Assembly: GCF_028641065.1 (NCBI RefSeq)
Contig: NC_073378.1
Location: forward strand, 107,198,001 to 107,262,000
DNA length: 64,000 nucleotides
Source: Leucoraja erinacea
Taxonomy: Eukaryota
Reading direction: 5' to 3'
Shown here one piece after another: positions 51,799 to 63,913 of this stretch. The translations under genes and the position numbers were made by a program. Each line of letters opens with the position of its first letter. Position 1 is the first letter of the stretch. The notes under the pieces were generated by a model. The model ran no database searches and was not told the DNA's origin. It saw only the letters and a list, made by a program, of their open reading frames with translations.

Positions 51799-52578
51799 TA
51801 CATTCAGACATACATCTTGTTTGTTTTTTTGCTTGCAGGTTTTGTGTTGTACTCCTATTTGCGCAAAAAAACGGTACACGATAGTGCTACAATTTTTGGC
51901 CCACCTTACTCACCATTGAAACAAGTTTTGTTCAGATTGATGGTATATTTTAAACGTTATTAACGTTTTAAATTTAAATTAACAAAACAGCGCCCCCACC
52001 CGCGCATGCGCGGTTGGGAGAGGGTTCCCGTGCGCGTCTTTATTGGCGTCACAAAGGAAATATCTGCACAGTTGGGGCCTTTCCAGAATTCAGATTGCCA
52101 TCTTTTTTTCATAATGACGACACGGATAAGATTACTTCCATTTTACTGATGCTCCAGGCCCGCAGGGACCCTGCGCCTGGGCGCTGAAGTTGGGGCTGCA
52201 TCTGCATCTGCAGATGGCGGGCTTGGGGGACGGTGGGAGGCCGCGCCGAGGATCCAAGGCCTTGGTGCTGAGCCTGGCTCTGAGTGCAGCGGCGCTGCTG
52301 CTTTGGGCATGCGAGTAGGGCACACCCGAGATCCTGGGGAGGTAAGGAGGGAGAGTGGGGGGATTGAGAGGGAGGAGGGGGTATGGAGAGAGAGCGGGGA
52401 AAGTTGGGGAGGTGAGGAGGAAGAGTGGAGGGTGAAGAGGAGGGGGAGGGAGTGCTGGGTGATGAAGGGAAATGAGCCATGCCTGCGCAGTTGGGGGCTA
52501 TGGGTGAGTGGTGGAATATTGCATTTGGGGAACGGGTTGCATTAGGGGACCAGCCCTCCCGTGTGACTCTTAGTCTAG
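51799..52578 (+). mobile_element. Non-autonomous Helitron-like element inside an old CR1 fragment
   Basis: Shares the gatagtgctacaatttttggcccacc and gagtggtggaatattgc blocks with other copies; ends TAGTCTAG|T; CR1 sequence resumes afterwards. Confidence 0.65.
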
Positions 52579-52704
52579 TCTCCTCTTACCTCTTTGCCCC
52601 TCTTATCTTAAAGCTGTGCACTTGAGTTTTTGATAATTGCACCTTGGGGAAAAAGTTCTGACTGTCTATCCTGTCCATGCCATAAGGGCTGGTATAGGAG
52701 GGGT

Positions 52705-52740
<36 letters not shown>

Positions 52741-53911
52741 GTAGTGCAGGTGGAGCATCAGATCAAAGACTGTCGGTCCTAACAAAGCAACTTTGCACTA
52801 TAAACATTTTCCACCCAATACGCATCAAAGTTGTTTTAATTTACACTCAATTATTAAGCACGTTTTTTTTTCTCTGTCAAATTCTTCCAATTCTTTACAA
52901 AGATGGTTTGTAATGTTGATTCATGTTAATGTACTTCACTAACAGACATAAGCATTTACCAGATACATGGAGGTCATTCTGCACTGTCAATGATGTGTTC
53001 AAGATTTATTCAAATACAATTCAGCTATTTGTAGAACACAGAATAATGCATCTAATAAGTTTCACTGCTAGTGCCAAGCTGATGTAATCAAATCACAGAT
53101 TTCCTGTGGTGTGCCCTGTATGGATCCTTCTGATTTCTCAGTGGTGATCCTATCTTGCGTCATTCAAGGTAAATTGACCAGAAATAGCTGTTAAAGATCT
53201 GGAGCAGAGATTGGTTGTGTCTCAGCTGTTTACAAACATTAAAGGAAAATGATCCGAGCAGATTAAGATTCACATGTCCATGTGGTTTATCAATATTAAT
53301 TAGAGATGGATATCAGTAAATTCTAATGAAATACCTTCAAGCTGATTGCTTTCTAGATCTACTGTAAGGCATTATCAGAGCCATCAGAACTAGGCTGTCT
53401 TCTTGGTTTGTGAGTGTTATTGAACAATAGTTTCCATTTATTAATTATACAATGTCTTCCATGTTCCAGTGGTCTGTTGGCACACACTGTGAAATGTCAC
53501 ACATGAATAAAACATCAGGCAGATGGTCATCACCATCAAAATGTATCCCTTGAGGAGATTAACATATGTTCAAGAATCTGTGGTATGTCTTGATTGGCTA
53601 GTGGTACGTAATAGTTAGCTATGATCTATTAATTTAATCAATCTTTATGTATATTCTTCCTTCAAACCTAGTTATGCTGTAACAACAGTGGTGCAAAATG
53701 GCAAACAACGAATGGAAGGGTCCACTGCAGGAAGTAACCAAGTAAACATACAAGGTTTTGTCCATGCGAGGCTTTGAGACTGCCTCACTGTTACGAGTAA
53801 AAAATCTTCCAGTGATAACAAGAAATCTCTCAACACTTTTGATGCCGATGGTGAGTTTTGCAATATATATTTATCTTTCAATATTTAAATACACAAGTAA
53901 AGAAGTCATAC

Positions 53912-54082
53912 CTCAGAGAACCGTTGTACATCCTGGGTCAAGGTCCCTACTCGACGCCAATGAAAACGCTTGAGGAACTTGACGACTGCGGGGTTGACTG
54001 CATTATCAGATGGAACAGTTCGGAAGAAATAGGGGTACTTCTTCTTATCGGCTAGGACCGGTGTGGTTGCAGCAAACGAAAG
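53912..54082 (-). CDS. GABBR2: GABA-B receptor subunit 2 (-like) coding exon, equivalent to human exon 3
   Basis: 171 bp, AG/GT bounded, phase 0; translates [57 protein letters not shown], near-identical to GABBR2 as recalled. Not in the ORF track. Confidence 0.96.
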
Positions 54083-54502
54083 CTATAAGAAATAAGAAGA
54101 TATTGTCAATAATTCAATGGAAGCCATCTTCCTATTATATACTTATTACAGCTCAGAACCATATTTTTAGAAACTCAAACTGATAGCTGTGAATGGTACT
54201 GACCAGTAAAAATATCCTGAAGGGACAAACTCAATTCACTGAAGTTATCAAACTTAAAAAATACATTTTCATTTTCAAAGTGTGTGTACTTAAAATATAT
54301 TGCCTTAAACCTATACCTGCAAACTTACTAATCATGCCCAAAGGAGCATGTCAAAAATAAATTAAATTCCAGGTTTGAACAAACATGATTTTGATATTGG
54401 ATCATCAATCTGTATTTGCAGTATGATTACTAAGTGAACTGTGCTGTTTAGGTAATAGCTGAGAAGTGAAGCAATATGCAATATAAACAATAAAGAAACA
54501 AC

Positions 54503-55147
54503 ACACGGTGGCGCAGTGGTAGAGTTAAAGCCCTGTCCCACGGTACGAGTTCATTCCAAGAGCTCTCCTGAGTTTAAAAAAAATAAAACTCGTGGTAAGC
54601 ACGGAGAATGAACATAACGGGTATGTGGAACTCGGGGACGTCACTTAGCGGCTCGTAACGCTAACGGCAGGTACTCGGGAAGAATCGCTAACAGCAGGTA
54701 AGCACGGGAAGACTCGTGAAGATTTTTCAACATGATGAAAAATGTCCACGAGAGCCTCGAGTACCGACGAGTGGCCATTACCGTAAATCTCTAAGTTCGA
54801 ATCAGGGCAAACTCGGGAGAGCTCTTGGAATGAACTCGTACCATGGGACAGGACTATTACTGCTTTACAGCGCTTGCAGCACCGGAGACCCGAGTTTGAT
54901 CCCGACAGCGGGTGCTGCCTGTACGGAGTATGTACCTTCTCCCCGTGACCGCGCGGGTTTTCTCTGAGATCTTCAGTTTCCTCCCACACTTCAACAACGT
55001 ACAGGATTGTAAGTTAATTGGTTTGGTATAAATGTCAAGTGTCCCTAGTGTATGTAGGATAGTGTTAATGTGCGGGGATCGCTGGTCGGTGCGGACTCGG
55101 TGGGCCAACAGGCCTGTTTCTGCACAGTATCTCTAAACTAAACTAAA
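54503..55147 (+). mobile_element. V-SINE (HE1-like) interrupted by a MITE
   Basis: Head cacggtggcgcagtggtagagtta|ctgctttacagc, V domain and (taaac)n tail. Confidence 0.85.
54528..54856. mobile_element. Harbinger-type MITE (family B)
   Basis: About 48-bp TIR starting AAGCCCTGTCCCACGGTACGAGTTCATTCCAAGAGCTCTCC; TTA TSD at 54525-54527 and 54857-54859. Confidence 0.88.
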
Positions 55148-55612
55148 TCACACGTGATCAAAGGAGTAGGGAGCCTGTCAGCATTAATGCTGAGGCTGAA
55201 ATACTTGTCTAGAATGTTACATTAGATCTTACAGCACCTCTTTGTTAAAATCTAATCAAGTGATGATAGAAAAAAAATGTTAAGGAAAATGGAGTTATCG
55301 ACTTTAGAGGCAATTTTCTGGCTTAGTCATGCACATCAGAAATTTAGACAGTTATTTCAAATTTACAAACCAAAGAACCAGCTGTCAGTGAACATCCGTC
55401 TGCATTCTGATGAGAACTCTCAGAAGGGAATGGATGGCTAATTGTTAATAAATTAGAGTGGATTCAAGAAGCCCGAGTGTAACTGGGTGGTTAGTTTAGT
55501 TTATATTGGACAGGTTAAATGTTCAAAAAAAAACTGATCAAATGTTAGTGAAGTGCAAATCAGAGCCAATAATATGAAAATGGCTTTAAACAGGGAGACT
55601 TTTTTCAGTGAG

Positions 55613-55684
55613 TATCTATCGATATCTATCTATCCATATCTATCTATCTATCGATATCTATTGATATCTATCGATATCTATCGA

Positions 55685-55721
<37 letters not shown>

Positions 55722-57295
55722 CTATCTATATCTATCCTATTACTAAAACTCTGATCTTGCGCACTTCCGGTGTGTGTTGTTTTTAAATTTGTGCTAAAAC
55801 GGTACCCTATATCACTAGGATTTTTTCGCCACCTTACTCACCTTTCTCCTCTGCAACAAGTTCACCAAGTTTTGTTCCAATCGATGGAAGATTGCAACAT
55901 TTATGAAGGTTTAAAAAATCGTGAGATTGGTCTTCTCGCCTGTCAGTGCGGTCGGAGCCGGGAACCGGTGAGCACACACCCACCCCCCTTCCCCTACACC
56001 TCCCCCCTCCCCTACACCTCCCCCTCCCCTACAACTCCTCCATCCCCTCCAACACACTCCATCCCCTCCCCACACACTCCCTCCTACCCCACACACACAC
56101 CCCCTCCCCCACACCCACCCCCTTCCCCCCCCCACCCCCTCACCAGCCCCCGAAAGGCCCCGCCTGAAGCCGCCCCCCTCCACTGCTGCAGGATGCTTCC
56201 CGCCTGAAGCCGTCCCCGTCCCCGTCCCCCAGCTAGAGAATGCTCCCGCCGTTGCTTCGGGGCAATAGGTGAGTGGGGGTTAGTCCAGTATATTACCCAA
56301 ACTCTCTGTTTGTTTGTTTGTATGCATACATGTGTATGAGATCCAGAATCCCCGCCAAAGTGGTACATGATAGCGCTACAATTTTTGGCCCACCTTGTTC
56401 ACCATTGTTCTGGGATGTAAATGAAATAGGTTTTGTTCGGATTGATGTTATATTTTACAAGATATTGACATTTTAAACTTTACAAAAATCACTTTTCAAT
56501 CCACTTTTCCACTTGCCCTGCCCGTCAGCCGCATTCGATGTCACAATGGGATCCCAAATGTCATTTACATTTTTTTTAATTGCGATTTTCAAAAAAACAG
56601 TTTTAATCAAATTCTTACGTTTTCATTAACAGCCAACATTGTGTTTAGGTTATTTTACAGAAAAAAATTTGATTTGCATTGAGAATTCTATTTAAAGAAA
56701 AACATCATGATTTTCATTGTTGGGAGTGGGGATAGGGGGGGGGGGGGGTTTCATTTTTTTTTAAAACATCGCAATTTTCATTGTGGGTGGGTGGGAGGGA
56801 GAGTGGCGGAGGGGGGGGGGGGGTGATAGAGGGAGAGGAGGGGGGAGTGGGGGAGGGGAGGGGTAGCAAGTGGGGGATAGAGGGAGAGGGGGGGAGTGGG
56901 GAGGTGAGGAGGGAGAGAGGGGGAGGGGGATAAGGGGGAGGTGAGGAGCGTGGGAACAGGCAAATAGAGGGGGGTAGGGAGGGGACAGGGGTTGTGGAGG
57001 GAGAGAGTGACTGAGGGTAGGGGAAAGGAGAGGGAGGGAGAGGTGAGGGAGGGAATGGGGGAGGGGAGGAGGAGTGGGGAAGAAGAGGGAGGGCAAGGAG
57101 TAGGAGGAGGGAGTGCTGGGATATTAGGGGGAATGGAAAAGGATAGGGGTAGGAAGAAGGACGGCGAGGTGCAGTTGGGGGATGGTTGGCGTGACTTGCG
57201 TTGCAACGGGGATCTCTGACGTCACAACGGGAACCCCTCAGTTGCACCTGTGCAGTTGGGGGTTATGGGTCAGTGGTGGAATATTGCCTTGGGGG
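55613..57295 (+). mobile_element. Compound Helitron-like element with 5' (TCTA)n array
   Basis: (TCTA)n/tatcgata array leading into CTATTACTAAAACTCT; second similar unit starting ~56290; C-rich then G-rich tracts; 3' end truncated. Confidence 0.6.
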
Positions 57296-57299
57296 CAAT

Positions 57300-58720
57300 A
57301 ACGCAGAGATAATACTTAATGATAAAAAAAGAACCATAATAGTGTAAAAATTAATGTCCATAGTGAAACCAAAAACAGTTTCACTAACTCTGTTTCACTC
57401 CTGCTGAGGTTACTGTTGTGTAGTGTTCAAGTCCATGATGATTGCTGGGGAGAAGTTGAAGTTGATCAGAGTTTTCAGGCTCCTGTATCTTCTTCCCGAT
57501 GGTGAAATGAGTGTGTGGCAAGAACGGTGTTGGTAACAGTCGATATGCGCCCGAATGTACATCTAGAGAAGTTCAAGAGAGTATTTGGCGAATATTAAAT
57601 CTCGTCAATCTTCTGAGGAAGTAGAGGCATCAATGAGCTTTCTTTGTAATTGCATCAGTGCGTTGGCCCCTTCAAAGATATGTGGCAGGGAACTTGAAGC
57701 TGTTGATGGTGTACACTCCGGTCAAATCAATGAAGACAGGTTCGTGGATCCTCGGATTTCCCCTCCTGAAGTCAATAGGGGAGGGGACTGATTACCCCCT
57801 TGATAAATTGAATTGAATTTTGTTTATTGTCATTCAAACAAGTTTGAACAAAATTTTGTACCATGTAGTAATGACAGTAAAAAGCAACAAAACACACAAT
57901 TAACACAATTTAACACAAACATCCATCACAGTGAATCTCCAGGCACCTACGCACTGTGATGGAAGGCAAAACGTCTTATCTCTTCCCTGCTTCTTGATCT
58001 TGCAAGTGTTCAGAGCAAGAACTAGAATGTTGCCTGGGTTTCAGCAACTAAGTTACAGAGAAAGGTTGAACAAGTTAGGGCTGTATTCTTTGGAGCGCAG
58101 AAGGTTAAGGGGGGACTTGATAGAGATTTTTAAAATGATGAGAGGGATAGACAGAGTTGACGTGGAAAAGCTTTTCCCACTGAGAGTAGGGAAGATTCAA
58201 ACAAGGGGACATGACTTGAGAATTAAGGGACTAAAGTTTAGGGGTAACATGAGGGGGAACTTCTTTACTCAGAGAGTGGTAGCTGTGTGGAATGAGCTTC
58301 CAGTGAAGGTGGTGGAGGCAGGTTCACTTTTATCATTTAAAAATAAATTGGATAGTTATATGGATGGGAAGGGAATGGAGGGTTATGGTCTGAGCGCAGG
58401 TATATGGGACTAGGGGAGATTATGTGTTCGGCACGGACTAGAAGGGTCGAGATGGCCTGTTTCCGTGCTGTAGTTGTTATATGGTTATATGGTTGTTATT
58501 CTGGCAAAATTCATTTGGATTTGCAATCTTCCAACTGTACTCTGACTTATCATTACTTGTCCAACCATGACTGTGTCATCAGCGAAGTTAAAGATGATAT
58601 AAAGAGAATAGATCAGGGGGCTGAGCACACAACCTTGAGATGTTCCTGTGTGAATGGTAATCAAGGAAGAAGTGCCGCTGTCAATTTGTACTAATTGTGG
58701 TCTGTCAATGAGGAAGTCGA
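57300..58720. mobile_element. Nest: Rex1-like fragments (-) interrupted by a retroposon tail (57803-57985, -) and a CR1 3' fragment (58015-58495, +)
   Basis: ORF 58485..58877 has QGCVLSPL and FADD; ORF 57931..58413 has LSYRERLNKLGLYSLERRRLRGDLIE; (tatggt)n tail. Confidence 0.75.
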
Positions 58721-59226
58721 ATGGATCATGTTTTAGTGTAGGGGTGTCACTTACTGTTGATGCAGTAAAATGCCATTGCCTATACACTAAGGGTGCCTTC
58801 CATATCCCCATGTTTTTATAGGACCTTTCATTTGAACACAGAGATCCAGGAACCTCCTTGAATTGAATAGATTCCACCTATTGCAATTGTCTGTTCTTTT
58901 AACAGAACCTACTCTGGTAATAAATGTGTTATATTTGTCCATTATACATTAGTGCACTGCTGAGCTTTCATCCCATAAAATACTGATTCGTCACAGCACT
59001 CTTGGCCCTTCAGTCTGAACTCCCACAAGCATTAAAGAGACTATTCAGACCGTACCTTGCTGTGTTGCATGCTAGGAATCTGGCATCAAACCCAGCTCTC
59101 CCCATTGGTGCCAGCTGCTGTGTCAGAAAGGTGGTAGGATTCACTGACCACAGCTGGCACTCCTGGAATGAATTGATGTGGAGAGGTCACCTGTAAGGCT
59201 GGTGTTGGACAGACTGATTGGGTGGG

Positions 59227-59262
<36 letters not shown>

Positions 59263-60475
59263 GCAGCTGCTCAGCACTGAGGTATTAGTTCAGTGAGTGG
59301 AAATCCTTGTTACAAATTGACATCGCAGACAGTACAGCACAGTACGGAAGACCTTGAGCTGAGGAGATATTTCCAAACGAACAAAGAGCGGAAGCCAGCA
59401 ACCTCCATCAGGAGTGACAGTGAGGGACACTGCAGGAGAAAGGTGTCCTGTCAACACATGGCGTGGTGGTGAACATTGACCTGCACCTACTGTGTGAGCT
59501 CCACCACCCAGTGCTGAGGCCACACTCCCCCATCTCAAGCCCACACAGGCAGCCTGTACACATGGAACTGGGACAAGCCATTGGCGTGGAGGTGCCAGCA
59601 GGTACTAGGTTACTGGCATAGCTGCATGAAATTGAAGCAAATTTGCAGATTTATATCTGAATAATATTATAATCACACAGATTCCATTAACATCCAAAGC
59701 TCTAAGCAAGGTGGAAGATGGTAAAAAAATTCTGAAAAATGGTTGCAAACTTTCATGATAATTTTACCAGTTTTATTTTTCAACTTGATCGAATGTGTGT
59801 GTCAAGGATCTTGAACAGACCTGTGCCGAATAACTCCTATTAAAAAAAAATACTTTAAATCTGAATAATTTATGCTTGTGCTTCACTAGGCTTTCTCCAA
59901 TGCAATCAGGAAGATACATTGTTTGCTATTTGCCTATTAACAATATATATTCTTGGAATACAAAGATTTAAGTAGAATGATCTAATTAGACACAGGCACT
60001 ATCAAGATTTTAACATAAACCCCAGAGGCAGTTGTCCCTCAGTGTTGCAAAATTGAATCGAAACGGGAAAAATAAGATCATTCCGTAAAGATTAAATAGT
60101 TCTGTCACAGTTCTTCAGTCACCCAATCAATGGCTGCCAATTAGTTTATTTAACTGCTGGCTTATGGATTTACTTGGCTATCAAGTAAAACTGAAAGAAC
60201 CTTCCTTCTGCCTGGATGCACATTTACAAATTGGTATTTTGGATTAGCACCTGTGCTCTTAAGCAGGCTGAAAAATTATCGTTAGTCCACGATAATTCTC
60301 AACTTCAGTGCCCCGCAAGGCTGTGTTCTCAGCTCCTTACCTTACTCCCAATAACTCCACAACTGTACAGATAAATTCTGCTCTAACTTCTTTTTCAAGT
60401 TTGTATAGGATTCCACCGTAGTGGGAATGATATCAGCATTTTTCAAATGACCGTCCACAAACATGGTGGCCATTT

Positions 60476-60620
60476 GGCAGCACGGTGGCACAACGGTAGA
60501 GTTGCTGCCTTACAGTATGTGCAGCGCCAGAGATCCAGGCGCTGTCTGTACGGTGTATGTACATTCTCCCCATGCCCACATGGGTATTCTCCGAGATCTT
60601 CCGTTGCCTCCCACACTCTA
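60476..60620 (+). mobile_element. V-SINE 5' fragment
   Basis: ggcagcacggtggcacaacggtagagttgctgccttacag head. Confidence 0.75.
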
Positions 60621-60763
60621 ACCCTTGAGTTTATGCATTCATTTTCTTTCCCACTGCTACCCAGATCATTCACAAATGATTTCCATAGAAGATGTGATTT
60701 ATCTAGCGTGTTTCTATTGTCTGGTTACTTGAAATTATATCATCCCCACCCCCCTGTCTAAAA

Positions 60764-61752
60764 CTAGACTAAGTGGGACCCGTTGGGTCCCAGTCACACG
60801 GGAGACCCGTGGGGGAGGGTGGGTGTGGGGGGAGGGGGGGGGGGTGTGGGGAGGGAAGGTGGGTGTGGGGAGGGGGGTGGGGGGTGGGGAAGAGGGGGTG
60901 TGGGGGAAGAGGGGTTTGGGAAAGAGGGAAGGGGGAATGGGGAATTGGGGGAAGGGGGGGTGGGGGGGGGAAAGGGGGGGTGTGGGGAAAGCGGGGGTGT
61001 GGGGAAAGCGGGGGTGTGGGGAAAGAGGGGGGGTGGGGAAAGGAGAAAGAGGGGGGGAGAAGGGGGGGGGTGGAGAAGGGGAGGGTGTGAGAAAACGGGG
61101 TGGGGACTAAGACTAATGCTCCTGTCCCACTTAGGAAACCTGAACGGAAACCTCAGGAGACTTTGCGCCCCATCCAAGGTTTCCGTGTGGTTCCCGGAGG
61201 TTGCAGGTGGTTGCTGGAGGTTGCAGGTAGTGGAAGCATGTAGGGAGACTGACAAAAACCTCCAGGAACCTCCGGGAACCGCACGGTGGGGCGCAAAGTC
61301 GCCAGAGGTTTCCGTTCAGGTTTCCTAAGTGGGACAGGGGCATTAGCTTAAGTTTTCGGCCTCACGCAGCAGATCCTGGACCCACTCTGGCTTCACTCAA
61401 AGGCTTCCGGTTCAACTCAGTAGCTTCCGGCTGGTCGCGGCAGAAGCAGTCCGCACGCTGCTCACTCTCCGCGAGCTGCTCAACACACTCAGCTTTTTAT
61501 TCTCCTCGCCGCGTTATTGACAGTCGGTTCCAGAAAGGGCGATATTTATGATTTCTAAACCTTCATAACTGTTGTACTATTTCACCGATCGGAACAAAAC
61601 TTATTTGACTTGCAGCAAAGGAGAATGGTGAGTAAGGTGGCAAAAAATCGTAGCGCTATGGGGGATCGTTTTTGCACAAATTTAAATACAATGCAGACCT
61701 GAAGTGGTCAAGATGAGAGTTTTAGTAATAGTATAGATAGATAGATATCGAT
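60764..61752 (-). mobile_element. Non-autonomous Helitron-like element
   Basis: Minus strand starts (TCTA)n-TACTATTACTAAAACTCTC and ends with perfect hairpin GGGACCC-AAC-GGGTCCC plus ACTTAGTCTAG|T. Confidence 0.75.
61116..61343. mobile_element. Harbinger-type MITE (family C) nested in the Helitron-like element
   Basis: About 55-bp TIR ATGCTCCTGTCCCACTTAGGAAACCTGAACGGAAACCTC; TWA-type flanks. Confidence 0.85.
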
Positions 61753-61845
61753 AGAAGACAAAGTGCTGGAGCAACTCAGCGATTCAGGCAATGTCTCTGG
61801 AGAAATAGAAGGGTGACATTTTGGGTTGGAACCCTTATTCAGACT
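61753..61845 (-). mobile_element. Penelope pLTR fragment (degraded)
   Basis: aagtgctggagcaactcagc...gggttggaacccttattcagact. Confidence 0.65.
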
Positions 61846-63107
61846 CTCCATTAACATTCCTACCCCTTCCTTTTCTAATTGTTTCACCTTTTCAGACAAT
61901 ATAGCTTGAAATATATATCTCTAATCATACTCAATATAGAGCTAGGTTTCAGTGATGGTCAACACAGGGACCCTTTTATTTACATGTGTGGTTTTAATCC
62001 CTATTTTTGATTTGTTATATTAATTATAGAATTTATAGAAAATTAGCATTTATAGAAAATATCTTCACTGGGCATTAAAACTAATCAATCCTTCCATCTT
62101 ATGCTGTTTCTCCTTGCACTTTTAACATTTTAAAATATGATATTTCAATTGCAAAGTTTTAAGATTCTTTTCCATTTACTCTTCCATTATTTTCTCTATC
62201 GATTTTAACTATCCAGAATATCTGTAATATAGATTTGACCATTTAAAAAAATAACATCTTTAATTTAGTCATTTATAACATTGATATTTCTGCCTGTTCC
62301 CTCCTTTTTACCTTTGTTATTGGCTAAGTATTTTATTTACAAAACTGGAGAGATTGCAGAGATATTCACCAGGATGTTGCATGGATGAAAGGACCTTAGC
62401 TTTGGGGAGAGATTGGATTGTTTACCCTGCAGCAGAAGTGGTGACCTGGTGGATGGAAATAAAATTGAGGGTCATGCTTAAGTAGGTAGTCAAAATATTT
62501 TTCCCTTTTATAATGGTATCAAAAACAAGGAGTTTAAGACACGAGGAAGATTTAAAGAGGATCTGAGTGCTGATATCTGGAACATGTTGCCAGAGGAGAT
62601 GGTGGAATCACACACAATTAGTAGATTAAAAAGGTATTTAGACAGACACTTAAGCAAGCAATGTACTGTACGATATGGTCCTAATGCAGATACATGGAAT
62701 TAGTGTAGTTGAGCAAAAAGGTCAGCATAGACATGGCGGGCCAGCAGATCAGTTCCTGTTCCGTTCAACTCTCTGACCGTCAATGACACATTACAGGTAT
62801 AACCATTGAGGAAGACATAGTTGAAATCTAGCCGATCTCCCCAGTCTTGTAACCTGCCTGCAGGCATGCTGTGTTCATAATTTGTTGCACTCAAGCATGC
62901 CCTGTTTACACATATAACCTCTAGAAATTCACATCATTGATAATTTACTTGAGTAAGCTTTGATCATTTCTGAGAATAAATGAACACATGTGAACAAACA
63001 TTTAAATAAAAAGCTTTCATTTCATTGTTTTCAATTTGATCAATTTGGGCATTTCAAATCGAAAATACAATCAAGGCAATTCTACAAAATCAACTCCCTC
63101 TGCTCTT

Positions 63108-63325
63108 TGTATAGGAAAGAACAGCAGATACTAGTTTAAATCGAAGGTAGACACAAAATGCTGGAATAACTCAGCGGGACAGGCAGCATCTCTGGAGAGA
63201 AAGAATGGGTGACGTTCTTCAGACTGAAGAAGGGTCTCGGCCCTAAACGTCACCCAGTCCCTCTCTCCAGACATGCTACCCAGTCCCTCTCTCCAGACAT
63301 GCTACCATTTTGTGTCTGTCTTCAC
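63108..63325. mobile_element. Inverted Penelope pLTR pair
   Basis: Minus copy to ~63223, plus copy from 63224 with a mutated hammerhead box (TAAA for GAAA); internal ~26-bp tandem duplication. Confidence 0.75.
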
Positions 63326-63913
63326 TCTACTCTTTCATTTACAAGGTTCAATATCCTTTATTTTACCTTTGATATTCTTGTTTGAATCTACTTTTCTTTT
63401 TTGTCATGTTATTAAGTCTCTTTTATTTGTATTGGTTTATTTAGTTTCCTTCCTCTCCTTCGAGCAGCCACAGAGGAAGAGCCTAAACAGCAAACGCAAG
63501 TAACGGAGGATTCAGATTAGTTGCTTATCAGTGGGAAGCTTAATGTTAAAATATATAAACACGGAATACAGTGCAGGCTGGTAATCTAAATTAAATAAGG
63601 AAAATGCTGAAAACTGCACAGCAAGTCAGATCTTTGAGATTTCTTCAGTTTCTTCCTCAATGGTTATACATACAATGAGCCATACAATCACAGAGTCAGA
63701 GTTGTGCAAATTGGGCAATATATGTGGTGAGAGATAACATTTCACATCACATAATCAAGGTGCAGTGGGGATGGCATTTAGGGTAGTGGTGCGCTCCTCC
63801 AACAGGATGTGGGACTACACCTGCTACTTGCTGCTCCTAATGGCTGCATGAGGAAATAGAGCAGCAGCCAAATGACCTCTGGATCGTTTGGGAGACTGAG
63901 AGCCTCGTAGTTA

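Noticed and set aside
52705-52739. Long poly-G runs (also ~5865-5892 and 59229-59260)
   Set aside because: Simple homopolymers whose lengths are unreliable in assemblies; no further structure.
55405-55430. CTGATGA followed by a small hairpin (also at 5103)
   Set aside because: No correctly placed GAAA box or stem III, so not a hammerhead.
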